Part shown: positions 17,532 to 26,800 of the stretch, one piece after another
Layout: each line of letters starts with the position of its first letter
Position numbering within the stretch: the stretch's first letter is position 1
NCBI GenBank assembly: GCA_016840465.1
Contig: JAEOSH010000025.1
Span: 1 to 26,928 of the forward strand
Direction: 5' to 3'
Length of the DNA: 26,928 nucleotides
Source: Candidatus Baldrarchaeum yapensis
Lineage (GTDB): Archaea; Asgardarchaeota; Baldrarchaeia; Baldrarchaeales; Baldrarchaeaceae
Position numbers and translations under genes: made by a program
The notes under the pieces: generated by a model
Seen by the model: only the letters and a program-made list of their open reading frames with translations
Databases searched by the model: none
What the model was told of the DNA's origin: nothing

Positions 17532-18869
17532 ATGGAGAAGTTGAAACCTCTGAGAGGAATGCGGGACTTCTTGCCGCCCGAAATGATAAGAAGAATGTGG
17601 GTAATAGAAAAAATAAGGGAGGTTTTCGAGAGTTACGGTTTTGATCCATTGGAAACCCCTGCTATTGAGAGGTGGAGCGTTCTCACGAGGAAGTGCGGAG
17701 AAGAGGTTATGAATCAGATTTTTAAGTTCAAAGACAAGGGAGGCAGAGACGTAGGGCTTAGATTCGACCTGACGGTTCCATTAGCGAGAATAGTGGCTTA
17801 TAGGAGGGAGTTGCCAAGGCCGTTTAAGAGGTACTGCATTTCTAGGGTATGGCGTTACGAGGAACCTCAGGCTGGGAGATACCGGGAGTTTTGGCAAGCT
17901 GATGTTGATATCATCGGGAGCGCAAGGCCCGAGGCGGACGTTGAAGTAATAGCAGTGGCAATAGATGCCTTGAAAAACGTTGGAATGAGCAGATTTGTTG
18001 TTAGATTGAACAACAGGAAGATCCTAGAGGCTGCGGCTATATGTGCGGGTGTTCCAAAGGAAAAGATTCTGGATGCGTTCCGCTCACTGGATAAATTGGA
18101 TAAAATAGGAGAGGATGGCGTTAGAGATGAAATGGCCTCTCGGGGAATTCCCGAAAGTGCGATTGACAACATTATGGAGTTCATAAAAGTTGACGGTGAA
18201 ACAAACGAGGAGGTTTTGAGAAATGTTGAGGGACTTATCGGAGGCATCGATATCGGAAGAGAGGGAATTTCTGAGCTTATCAGCATCTTAAAAATTTCAG
18301 AATATTACAAGATTGACGAGTATTTACGTGTAGATTTGAGTTTAGTGAGGGGGCTGGATTACTATACTGGGCCTGTGTTCGAGATAGCGGTAAAAGACGT
18401 AACTAAGGGTGTGAAGGTTGGAAGCGTTGCCGGAGGGGGAAGGTACGATACTTTGATCGAATTGTATGGTGGAGAGCCCACGCCCGCTGTTGGAATCTCA
18501 ATAGGTGTGGAGAGAGTCATAGAAGTACTCAATGAGAGGGGACAACTGGATTTTCTGCCGGATACACTTGTGAGAGTCTTCGTGATCCCGGTGAACGACA
18601 AGGTTCGGGCGGATGCTATAAGGATAGCCCAGATGCTAAGATCCGCAAGTATACCAACCGATATTGAACTCATGGGTAGAAAGCTTGGGCGCGCGCTGGA
18701 GTACGCTGATAAGAAGGGGATACCTCTCGCCGTAATTGTTGGCCCTCAGGAGCTCAAGGAGGGGCATGTTGTTGTACGAAATATGAAAACGAGAGCGCAA
18801 GAAAAAGTGAAAATTGCGGAGTTGGTTGATTATGTGAAGTCTCAGATAAAAACGCGAGTTTTCACATGA
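17532..18869 (+). CDS. hisS: histidine--tRNA ligase
   Basis: LRGMRDFLP, LRFDLTVP, WRYEEPQAGRYREFWQ, RGLDYYTG, AGGGRYD, GISIGVER, anticodon-binding domain. Start reassigned from 17460 to ATG 17532. Confidence 0.97.
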   Translation: MEKLKPLRGMRDFLPPEMIRRMWVIEKIREVFESYGFDPLETPAIERWSVLTRKCGEEVMNQIFKFKDKGGRDVGLRFDLTVPLARIVAYRRELPRPFKRYCISRVWRYEEPQAGRYREFWQADVDIIGSARPEADVEVIAVAIDALKNVGMSRFVVRLNNRKILEAAAICAGVPKEKILDAFRSLDKLDKIGEDGVRDEMASRGIPESAIDNIMEFIKVDGETNEEVLRNVEGLIGGIDIGREGISELISILKISEYYKIDEYLRVDLSLVRGLDYYTGPVFEIAVKDVTKGVKVGSVAGGGRYDTLIELYGGEPTPAVGISIGVERVIEVLNERGQLDFLPDTLVRVFVIPVNDKVRADAIRIAQMLRSASIPTDIELMGRKLGRALEYADKKGIPLAVIVGPQELKEGHVVVRNMKTRAQEKVKIAELVDYVKSQIKTRVFT

Positions 18870-18877
18870 TCATTTTG

Positions 18878-19447
18878 TCATTTTCTGACACGTGCGGCTA
18901 TTTCGGCTGCGAGGCCCTCTAAGATAACCATTGCACTGACTTCGAATAGTGCGCCACGGAGGGAAATCGTATCTATCGGTTCACCACTCATGTAATCTGG
19001 GAACTCCTTCATGGGTGGCGAGGCTCGAGGCTTCACTCTACCCTTTACTTCCACTATATAGTCTGCGAGTTTGCCTAACGTCGAATCCGGATACGAAGTG
19101 ACCGCGATCACTGTTGCGCCCCGCTCATGCGCAATGCTACAGACATCTATCACTTCTTCGGTCTCTCCTGAGCCGGATATTGCAAATACGACATCCCTTT
19201 CTCCCCTTATTGGAAGATAAACATCAGATACTTCCTCCCCCGCGAGAGATACGTTTATGCCGAGTTGAACGAGCCTTATAGCGAAATCCCTTGCGACGAC
19301 GAACGACCTTCCGACACCGACGACTATTACCCTATCTGCGTTCCTTATCACGTCTACGATTTTGTTTATTGTCTTCTCGTCTATTCTATCGATATTTTTT
19401 CTAACCTCCTTTAGCAGCGCATTTGCAAACTCCTTGAGTATGCTCAT
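18878..19447 (-). CDS. hxlB: SIS-domain protein, 6-phospho-3-hexuloisomerase-like (divergent)
   Basis: GVGRS..VA..FA.RL, AISGSGET, VTSYPDSTLGKLAD, LFE. Confidence 0.72.
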   Translation of the reverse strand: MSILKEFANALLKEVRKNIDRIDEKTINKIVDVIRNADRVIVVGVGRSFVVARDFAIRLVQLGINVSLAGEEVSDVYLPIRGERDVVFAISGSGETEEVIDVCSIAHERGATVIAVTSYPDSTLGKLADYIVEVKGRVKPRASPPMKEFPDYMSGEPIDTISLRGALFEVSAMVILEGLAAEIAARVRK

Positions 19448-19733
19448 CAGTACCCCTCAGGGAATTTGTGCCATAAGGTCAAGAAGATCCAGGAGGAGTC
19501 GATCTTTCAAAGCTTTCCATAAGGGTCAAGATAATAATTCATGACGTTAGACGAATTCTTGACCATTTGGTACGTCTAGGACGTTAAGTATATATTTTTG
19601 TATTTGATTTCTGCGCATTGTGTATACGGTGCTCGAAAAAGTTTCAGGGAGGCAAGATATATTTCGAGACACCCGTGTAACGATGATGTTTACGGAAGAT
19701 ACATTAATCATGCATGATATAATACCTTTGGAA

Positions 19734-19741
19734 TTTATAAA
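19734..19741 (+). promoter_or_regulatory. TATA box for the mutase operon
   Basis: TTTATAAA ~40 nt upstream of the likely ATG (19782); GAGGTG SD at 19770-19775. Confidence 0.55.
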
Positions 19742-19772
19742 GCGTTAGAAGCTAAGAGGGAAATATGCCGAG

Positions 19773-21461
19773 GTGCCTGGCATGTTCAGACGAGAAACGT
19801 TGGAAGAAATCGAAAACAGGTTAAAGGAATGGGAGAAGCTTGTACAGGAGGAAACAAAGATAATTCCCGAGAGAGAAAAGGAGTTTCGCACGCTTTCGGG
19901 AATTCCCGTGAAAAGAGTGTACACACCACTTGATATTAAGGATAAGGATTACATGCGAGACTTAGGACTACCGGGCGAGTATCCATTCACTCGTGGTATC
20001 CACACCACGATGTATAGGGCAAGATTTTGGACAATGAGGCAGTTTTCCGGGTATGGAGGGCCTGAGGAGACGAATAGAAGACTAAAGTACCTATTAAAGC
20101 ATGGCGAGACCGGTCTCAGTTTGGCGTTTGACTTCCCGACAATAATGGGACTTGACTCGGATCATCCGCTCGCACATGGCGAGGTTGGCGTTTGTGGGGT
20201 TGCAGTGGATACTCTGAAGGACATGGAGATAATATTCGATGGCATTCCGATGGATAAGGTTACCACCAACATGACGATAAACCACCCGGCGACCGTCCTT
20301 CTGGCGATGTACATAGCCGCTGCGGAAAAGCAGGGAGTTCCACCAACTAAGATAGGCGGGACAACTCAGAACGACCCGCTAAAGGAGTTCATCGCCCAGA
20401 AATCCTACGTATTCCCTCCAGAGCCTGCAGTGAAACTGGCGATAGACATCATAGAGTACTGTACGAAACACGTACCAAAATGGAATCCCATCAGCATAAG
20501 CGGTTATCACATTAGAGAAGCTGGCGCCACCGCTGTGCAGGAGCTTGCGTTCACGTTGGCGGACGGGATAACATATGTTAAGCAGGCAATAGAGAGAGGG
20601 ATGGATGTAGATCAATTTGCACCGAGGCTTTCATTCTTCTTTGCTGCTCACATCGACTTCTTCGAGGAGATTGCAAAGTTCAGGGCTGCACGGAGAATGT
20701 GGGCGAAAATAATGAAGGAGTGGTTTGGGGCTAAGAAACCAAGGTCGATGTGGATGAGGTTCCATGTACAGACATCGGGTGTGTCATTAACTGCTCAGCA
20801 ACCCGAGAACAACATTGTAAGAGTGGCAATAGAGGCCCTTGCCGCCGTGCTGGGAGGCTGCCAAAGCCTTCACACGAATAGCATGGACGAGGCATGGGCC
20901 CTTCCATCCGAAAAGGCTGTCAAGATTGCCTTAAGAACCCAGCAGGTAATTGCATATGAGACCGGGGTTGCAAACACCGTTGATCCGCTGGCCGGTTCAT
21001 ATTACGTTGAATGGTTAACGGACAAGATAGAGGAGGAGGCATGGAAGTACATAGATAGGATAGAGAGCATGGGAGGTATGATAGAGGCGATAAAGAAGGG
21101 CTTCCCGCAAAGAGAGATAGCGGATAGCGCGTATAGGTTCCAGAAAGAAGTTGAAGAGGGCAAGAGGATAATTGTCGGAGTAAATGCATTCGTGGATGAG
21201 GACGAGAAGCTCGAAATTCCGCTCCTAAGGGTGGATCCTGAGATCGAAAAGAGGCAAATTGAGAGGCTTAAGAGGATAAAGAAGGAGAGAGACAACTCAA
21301 AGGTGCAACAACGCCTCGCAGAATTGCGAAGAGCAGCGGAGAGAGGGGAAAACGTGATGCCATACATTCTGAATGCCGTAAAGGTGTACGCAACACTCGG
21401 AGAGATAATGGACACTCTTAAGGAGGTGTACGGAGAGTACAAGGAGCCAATACTCTTCTAA
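19773..21461 (+). CDS. icmA: B12-dependent acyl-CoA mutase large subunit, isobutyryl-CoA mutase type (likely start ATG 19782)
   Basis: [65 protein letters not shown]. Phe and Gln occupy the MCM Tyr89/Arg207 specificity positions. Confidence 0.85.
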   Translation: MPGMFRRETLEEIENRLKEWEKLVQEETKIIPEREKEFRTLSGIPVKRVYTPLDIKDKDYMRDLGLPGEYPFTRGIHTTMYRARFWTMRQFSGYGGPEETNRRLKYLLKHGETGLSLAFDFPTIMGLDSDHPLAHGEVGVCGVAVDTLKDMEIIFDGIPMDKVTTNMTINHPATVLLAMYIAAAEKQGVPPTKIGGTTQNDPLKEFIAQKSYVFPPEPAVKLAIDIIEYCTKHVPKWNPISISGYHIREAGATAVQELAFTLADGITYVKQAIERGMDVDQFAPRLSFFFAAHIDFFEEIAKFRAARRMWAKIMKEWFGAKKPRSMWMRFHVQTSGVSLTAQQPENNIVRVAIEALAAVLGGCQSLHTNSMDEAWALPSEKAVKIALRTQQVIAYETGVANTVDPLAGSYYVEWLTDKIEEEAWKYIDRIESMGGMIEAIKKGFPQREIADSAYRFQKEVEEGKRIIVGVNAFVDEDEKLEIPLLRVDPEIEKRQIERLKRIKKERDNSKVQQRLAELRRAAERGENVMPYILNAVKVYATLGEIMDTLKEVYGEYKEPILF

Positions 21462-21485
21462 ACTTTCGTTCGAGTTATTTGCGCG

Positions 21486-21917
21486 GTGGTGATTCCAGTG
21501 GGGGAAGAAAAGAAAGAGGAAAGAAAAATAAGAGTGCTGATTGCAAAACCTGGGCTTAATGGGCATGATCGCGGAGCTAAGGTTGTCGCCAGGGGTCTAA
21601 GGGATGCGGGCATGGAGGTAATATATACTGGACTGAGACAGACCCCGGAACAAATTGTGGAAACGGCGATTCAAGAGGACGTTGACGTGGTTGGTTTGAG
21701 CATACTCAGTGGGGCCCATATGACGCTGCTTCCGAAAGTTGTTCAACTATTAAGAGAGCGGGGAGCAGATGATGTACTGGTGATTGCGGGTGGCATAATA
21801 CCCACAGAGGATATACCGAAGTTGAAAGAGGCGGGCATTGCAGAAGTGTTCTTGCCCGGCGCACCGATTAGCAAGATAGTGGAATTCATAAAGAAGAACG
21901 TAAGAAAACGGCGATAG
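21486..21917 (+). CDS. icmB: acyl-CoA mutase small, cobalamin-binding subunit
   Basis: [40 protein letters not shown]. Confidence 0.88.
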   Translation: MVIPVGEEKKEERKIRVLIAKPGLNGHDRGAKVVARGLRDAGMEVIYTGLRQTPEQIVETAIQEDVDVVGLSILSGAHMTLLPKVVQLLRERGADDVLVIAGGIIPTEDIPKLKEAGIAEVFLPGAPISKIVEFIKKNVRKRR

Positions 21918-21928
21918 AGGTAGTCCTA

Positions 21929-22915
21929 TTGGCGGAAGGAGACATAGAGTTCGTGGAAAGAATTGCAGAGGGCGTCCTGAGGGGGGATGTTAGGAGCATA
22001 GCGAGAGCGATATCGATAGTTGAGAACGAGCCGCGCCTTGCTCCCCTTCTCATTTCCAAAATATTTCCGTACACCGGACGGGCGCACATTGTTGGAGTGA
22101 CGGGGCCGCCAGGTAGTGGGAAGAGTTCCCTAATAGCTAAATTGGCAAAGATATGGAGGAAGGACGGAAAAAAGATAGGAATAATTGCCGTTGACCCCAC
22201 CAGTCCCTTCACGGGTGGCGCCCTTCTCGGCGATAGAATAAGAATGCAGGAACTCACGGGCGACAAAGACGTTTATATAAGAAGTATGGCGTCGCGCGGG
22301 AGCCTCGATGGTCTCTCGAGGGCTACAAGGGATGCAATAAAGATACTTGATGCGGCCGGTAAAGACATAATAATCGTTGAGACAGTTGGCGCGGGACAGG
22401 CAGAGGTTGGAATAGTGAAAGTTGCACATACCGTTTTGGTTGTATTATGCCCCGGCCTTGGTGACGAGATACAATTTCTGAAAGCGGGTATTATGGAAAT
22501 AGGAGACATATTTGTCGTGAATAAGGCCGATATAGGTGATGCTGATAGAGTTGTCTTGGAAATAGAAAATATTCTGGAGATGGCATCTGAGTTCTTGCCG
22601 CAGAAGCCCGCGTGGGCTCCACTTGTCATAAAGACCTCAGTCATTACGAATGAGGGAATTGAAAAACTTGTGAGGAGTATAGAGGAGCACTATGCGTATA
22701 TCAGGGGAACATCAGAAGGCGAGTTTGTTAGGGACAAGATTATCGAGGAACTTGTGGACATCATCGGCGAGAATGTAAGGGAGTATGCGCGTCATTTAAT
22801 AACAAAGGATTCCATGTGCAACGAGATACTTGAGAGGGTTCTTAAGAAAGATATAGATCCGTACACCGCCGCAAGGAAAATACTTGCCGAGATGCTCAAG
22901 AGGCGGGAGTTTTGA
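21929..22915 (+). CDS. meaB: MeaB/MMAA G-protein chaperone of the B12 mutase
   Basis: TGPPGSGKSS, AVDPTSPFTGGALLGDRIRM, YIRSMASRG, ETVGAGQ, IQFLKAGIME, VNKAD. Confidence 0.95.
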   Translation: MAEGDIEFVERIAEGVLRGDVRSIARAISIVENEPRLAPLLISKIFPYTGRAHIVGVTGPPGSGKSSLIAKLAKIWRKDGKKIGIIAVDPTSPFTGGALLGDRIRMQELTGDKDVYIRSMASRGSLDGLSRATRDAIKILDAAGKDIIIVETVGAGQAEVGIVKVAHTVLVVLCPGLGDEIQFLKAGIMEIGDIFVVNKADIGDADRVVLEIENILEMASEFLPQKPAWAPLVIKTSVITNEGIEKLVRSIEEHYAYIRGTSEGEFVRDKIIEELVDIIGENVREYARHLITKDSMCNEILERVLKKDIDPYTAARKILAEMLKRREF

Positions 22916-23457
22916 TGTCGCATGATAGGCCGCGTCTAAAGCAGGGACTAATACAGGTTTATACGGGCGATGGTAAGGGTAAAACTACTGCGGCACTCGG
23001 TCTGGCAATGAGAGCAGTGGGACACGGGCTTAAAGTTATAATGGTGCAGTTCATGAAGGGAAGGTTCAACTATGGAGAGTTAAAGGTAGCAAAATACCTT
23101 CCGAATTTCGAAATAGTGTCTTTTGGGACACCGGACTTTGTTGATCCATCGAACATCAGAGATGTCGATCGAGAAGAAGCTAGGAAGGCCATGGACTTCG
23201 CCAAGAGGGTTATAGAGAGCGGGGATTACGATGTTGTCATATTGGATGAGATAAACGTGGCGATGGATTTCGGCCTTGTAGATGTGAATGAAGTGATAAA
23301 TATGCTTAAGAACAAACCCCGTCACGTCGAGGTTGTACTTACTGGTAGGTACGCGCCAAGAGAAATACTTGAAATGGCGGACCTCGTGACGATAATGAGG
23401 AACGTAAAACATCCGTATGAGCGGGGTATTATTGCAAGGAGAGGAATAGATTTCTAA
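22912..23457 (+). CDS. cobA: ATP:cob(I)alamin adenosyltransferase, CobA/CobO/BtuR type
   Basis: YTGDGKGKTTAALG, VQFMKG, VILDEI, EVVLTGR, ADLVT..KHPY..RRGIDF. Confidence 0.95.
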   Translation: MMSHDRPRLKQGLIQVYTGDGKGKTTAALGLAMRAVGHGLKVIMVQFMKGRFNYGELKVAKYLPNFEIVSFGTPDFVDPSNIRDVDREEARKAMDFAKRVIESGDYDVVILDEINVAMDFGLVDVNEVINMLKNKPRHVEVVLTGRYAPREILEMADLVTIMRNVKHPYERGIIARRGIDF

Positions 23458-23477
23458 GTTCTATATCAACTTGTTCA

Positions 23478-23540
23478 TGACGGGATGAAGAGACGTCAGC
23501 ACAAGGACCTGATGACTGAACCAGCTATCGCTGACCGTCA
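23478..23540 (+). ncRNA. box C/D 2'-O-methylation guide sRNA
   Basis: Terminal stem TGACGG(23478-83)/CCGTCA(23535-40). Box C ATGAAGA (23485-91). Internal CTGA/TGATGA-like D'/C' elements (23509-19). Box D CTGA (23531-34). The guide GAACCAGCTATCG is complementary to (C)GAUAGCUGGUUC, a conserved 23S rRNA segment. Confidence 0.75.
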
Positions 23541-23577
23541 ATTTATCGACCAAAATTTTATTGAAGGGTTATCGAAA

Positions 23578-25131
23578 ATGATAGAGGAGCAAAAACATGA
23601 TACTATAGTGGTTTTGGACTTTGGTGGTCAGTATTCCCATCTTATAACGAGAAGAGTGCGCGAATGCAACGTATATTCTGAATTGCTTCCTTACAACATG
23701 CCCGCAGAGAAAATTTTGGAAAAAGACCCAAAGGGAATAATATTATCCGGTGGGCCAGCAAGCGTATATGAGAAGGACGCACCTGTGTGTGATCCGAAGG
23801 TATTTGATCTGAAAGTCCCCGTACTCGGAATATGCTATGGTTTGCAACTTATGGCTCATATGCTTGGTGGCAAGGTATCCAGAGCAAGAAAACGTGAGTT
23901 TGGCAAAACTGAACTGGAAATTTTGGATAATTCCGATCTATTTTTTGGGATAAATAGGAAAAAGATCTTCTGTTGGATGAGTCATTCTGATATTGTAGAA
24001 ACTCTGCCTCAGGGATTCGAAACTATTGCACGGACAGAGAATTGTCCACACGCGGCGGTAAGAAGCAAGGATAGGAAACTTTTCGGCGTGCAATTCCATC
24101 CCGAAGTTGTGCATACGGAGTTTGGAAAACAAATCATCGAAAACTTCGTAATTAGAATATGCAAATGTAGACCCACATGGAAAATGGAGAACTTTGTTGA
24201 TGAGGCAATAAGGAAAATCAGATCGGTTATAAAGGACGATAGGGCGATTTGTGCTCTTAGTGGAGGCGTTGATTCTTCAACTGCCGCTGTGTTGGTACAT
24301 AAAGCGATAGGGGATAGGCTTGTTTGCGTCTTTATTAACCATGGGCTTCTCAGGAAGAATGAGCCCGAGGAGGTCCTTAAGATCTTCAGAGATAAGCTGA
24401 AAATGAATGTAATATACGTGGATGCCTCCGAGAGGTTTCTAAAGAGATTAAAGGGAGTGACGGATCCAGAGGAAAAAAGAAAAATCATTGGAGAGGAGTT
24501 CATAAAAGTGTTCACGGAAGTTGCGGAGAAGGTCGGCAGACCTAAGTGGCTCGTTCAAGGAACGCTATATCCTGACGTGATAGAGAGTGCCAGGACCGAA
24601 AGTCCGGCATCTCGGATAAAGACGCATCACAATGTGGGCGGTCTTCCGCCTTGGACCCCATTCAAGATACTTGAACCGCTGAGAATGCTTTATAAAGACG
24701 AGGTTAGAAAACTAGCGAGAGTACTCGGCCTTCCGGAGGAGATCGTTAAGAGGCATCCGTTTCCGGGACCTGGTCTCGCTGTCAGGATAATTGGGGAGGT
24801 TACGCCGGAGAAGTTGAGAATTTGCAGAGAGGCTTCTTATATTGTGGAGGAGGAACTTAAGAAGGCAGGCCTCTATGACAAGGTATGGCAAGCATTCGCC
24901 ATAGTGGGTGATGACAAGGCTGTGGGGATACTGGGGGACCAGAGGGCGCTGGGTCACATAGTTATTGTTCGGATAGTCACCTCCTTAGACGGTATGACTG
25001 CAGACTGGGCAAGGATTCCGTATGAGGTCCTTGAAAGGATCAGTAACAGGATCACAAATGAAGTTGAGGGAGTGACCTGGGTGGCGTATGCAATTTCGTC
25101 AAAACCGCCTGCGACGATAGAGCCATGCTAA
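23578..25131 (+). CDS. guaA: GMP synthase, fused GATase + ATP-pyrophosphatase
   Basis: [74 protein letters not shown]. Start reassigned from 23485 to ATG 23578, because the extension overlaps the C/D sRNA. Confidence 0.96.
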   Translation: MIEEQKHDTIVVLDFGGQYSHLITRRVRECNVYSELLPYNMPAEKILEKDPKGIILSGGPASVYEKDAPVCDPKVFDLKVPVLGICYGLQLMAHMLGGKVSRARKREFGKTELEILDNSDLFFGINRKKIFCWMSHSDIVETLPQGFETIARTENCPHAAVRSKDRKLFGVQFHPEVVHTEFGKQIIENFVIRICKCRPTWKMENFVDEAIRKIRSVIKDDRAICALSGGVDSSTAAVLVHKAIGDRLVCVFINHGLLRKNEPEEVLKIFRDKLKMNVIYVDASERFLKRLKGVTDPEEKRKIIGEEFIKVFTEVAEKVGRPKWLVQGTLYPDVIESARTESPASRIKTHHNVGGLPPWTPFKILEPLRMLYKDEVRKLARVLGLPEEIVKRHPFPGPGLAVRIIGEVTPEKLRICREASYIVEEELKKAGLYDKVWQAFAIVGDDKAVGILGDQRALGHIVIVRIVTSLDGMTADWARIPYEVLERISNRITNEVEGVTWVAYAISSKPPATIEPC

Positions 25132-25132
25132 T

Positions 25133-26398
25133 TTATTTTCTCCCAAATCTCCCAAAGAAGCTATCTAGAGATACACCTGCCCTTCTCGGCGGTCCGTGGC
25201 TTAATAACCACTCTTTAACCTTTTCAGGCGTCCTCAATTTGTTCAGAACCGAAATTGCCTCGTTATATACCTCTATTAGTTTCTTGATTACATCCTCAGG
25301 ATAGTTTTGCTGAGGAATTATTGCATTCTTCGCGTAATTCAGCGCTCTGATCGCGTGATCCAGTGATATGTTCCCGAGGGCGAAGTGGCTAAGTATGTCC
25401 TCTATTTTATAAAAGGCCTCACGTGCAGACTTGCTGAACTTTCGACCGCCAGATACGGGAGGTGGTGAGGGATTAAACCTCAGATTATTTATGTCTATCT
25501 CGAAGAGTATGGCGTCTTTTATTATCTTAACCGCAGTTTTTTCATCGATGGCATTTTTCTTTTCCTCTCTTTTCACGCTCTTCATGACGTAATTACCCAC
25601 CTTATGATACGCTTTTTCCGCCAGCTCGTCGGCTTCTCCTTCAATATATTTTCTCCAATTAGGATTATGCTTAAAGTTCTTCGGATCTACCCAAGAAATG
25701 TCGAATTCTTCTAGATTTTCGGGTTTTAAAGCGATACACGAGAAATTTAAATGTCTGTGAAGACTCAATGGTGCAGTGAATACCCGTTGCGGATCCATTA
25801 GATTTTCTACCTTTATAGGCGATATTATGCCATTTGTGCTATTTAGTCGCAAAATTCCCTTCGATACTTTCTGAATTATATATTCGACAATTGCGTATCC
25901 CACGTTAAGAGGTCCTATTCTCGAGTATAAGTCGTCAGAGATTGCGTTCTCATGTATTCTCACATGTATACCGTTTCCAGACCACACCAAGTACACAGAT
26001 TCCGTCACGCCTTCCTTTTCCAGCGCGTCGACTATCATCTGAGCTGCTTTTATGGTCACCTTCCACTGTTCCCATTTGCTATCGATGTCCCAAGTTGGAG
26101 TTCGCCTAATTACATTATTTTCATAGTCCAGAGCGTCGCTCTTTACAGTTAGCTTTCGATAAATACTTGCTGATGCGTAAAAAGTTCTAGGTCGGAGTGC
26201 GGAGAATCTTTTTAGCAGGATTCTTACATCTTCGGGATTTGATATAGTTATTGGTTTATTTCCAGTATATCTTAACAAAATGGGACGGTCATCTTTAGTT
26301 TTTGTTTCGCAATGGATAGCGACCCACCTTCTTTTGCAGAATCCCGAGATCTCGTGTAATACTATAGGATTTGAGTAGTATCTTGCTACGTCCATCAT
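25133..26398 (-). CDS. archaeo-eukaryotic primase (AEP) superfamily primase-polymerase-like protein with a helical C-terminal extension
   Basis: Motif I WDID, motif II WSGNGIH, motif III region MDPQRVFTAPLSLH; ~150 aa C-terminal extension ending SLDSFF. Confidence 0.78.
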   Translation of the reverse strand: MMDVARYYSNPIVLHEISGFCKRRWVAIHCETKTKDDRPILLRYTGNKPITISNPEDVRILLKRFSALRPRTFYASASIYRKLTVKSDALDYENNVIRRTPTWDIDSKWEQWKVTIKAAQMIVDALEKEGVTESVYLVWSGNGIHVRIHENAISDDLYSRIGPLNVGYAIVEYIIQKVSKGILRLNSTNGIISPIKVENLMDPQRVFTAPLSLHRHLNFSCIALKPENLEEFDISWVDPKNFKHNPNWRKYIEGEADELAEKAYHKVGNYVMKSVKREEKKNAIDEKTAVKIIKDAILFEIDINNLRFNPSPPPVSGGRKFSKSAREAFYKIEDILSHFALGNISLDHAIRALNYAKNAIIPQQNYPEDVIKKLIEVYNEAISVLNKLRTPEKVKEWLLSHGPPRRAGVSLDSFFGRFGRK

Positions 26399-26800
26399 AG
26401 TACCCCTACCACAATAATAGGGTCAGAATATCAGCATAATGTAGCCGCATGAAAGCATATTAGAATGAGTATTTACGCACTTGGAAATTTTATGTTTGAA
26501 AATTTAGTCAGATAAGACTATGTAACTGGGAAGAGAGGCCGGAACTTTCATGGAGGGGTTCCTCGACATGGACAGAGAGATTCTATATAATCCCTCGGGC
26601 GGGGCACTTCATCGAAGCCGACAGAAGCCTCAGGACTTGTCAGATTTTCTGAGGCATGTATTCAGGTGAATGGATAAGGGAGAAAAAGACAGGTACCTGA
26701 TGTTGAAAACGCATTAACGTACGCATGGGGTGGAAACATAATATGTTGCATTTGTAACATACGATAACTTTTTCAACCTCGAGAAGCCCACCAAAAGGTT

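Noticed and set aside
19600-19780. Cobalamin riboswitch upstream of the mutase operon
   Set aside because: The conserved B12-element sequences are not visible; there is only a generic hairpin.
8906-23577. Longest-ORF N-terminal extensions of lysW (8906), nfnA (15325), hisS (17460) and guaA (23485)
   Set aside because: Downstream ATGs match family N-termini, and lysW has a clear SD there. The guaA extension overlaps a C/D sRNA.
144-26152. Numerous antisense or overlapping ORFs in the track (e.g. 887-1231, 1253-1666, 15810-16265, 17867-18286, 21002-21442, 24009-24515)
   Set aside because: They are shadows of well-supported genes on the opposite strand or frame, with no recognisable motifs.
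26550-26669. 39-aa ORF (MEGFLDMDREIL...) and a GCCTCAG/CTGAGGC hairpin at 26627-26655
   Set aside because: No convincing SD or motif, and a 7-9 bp stem is within chance expectation.
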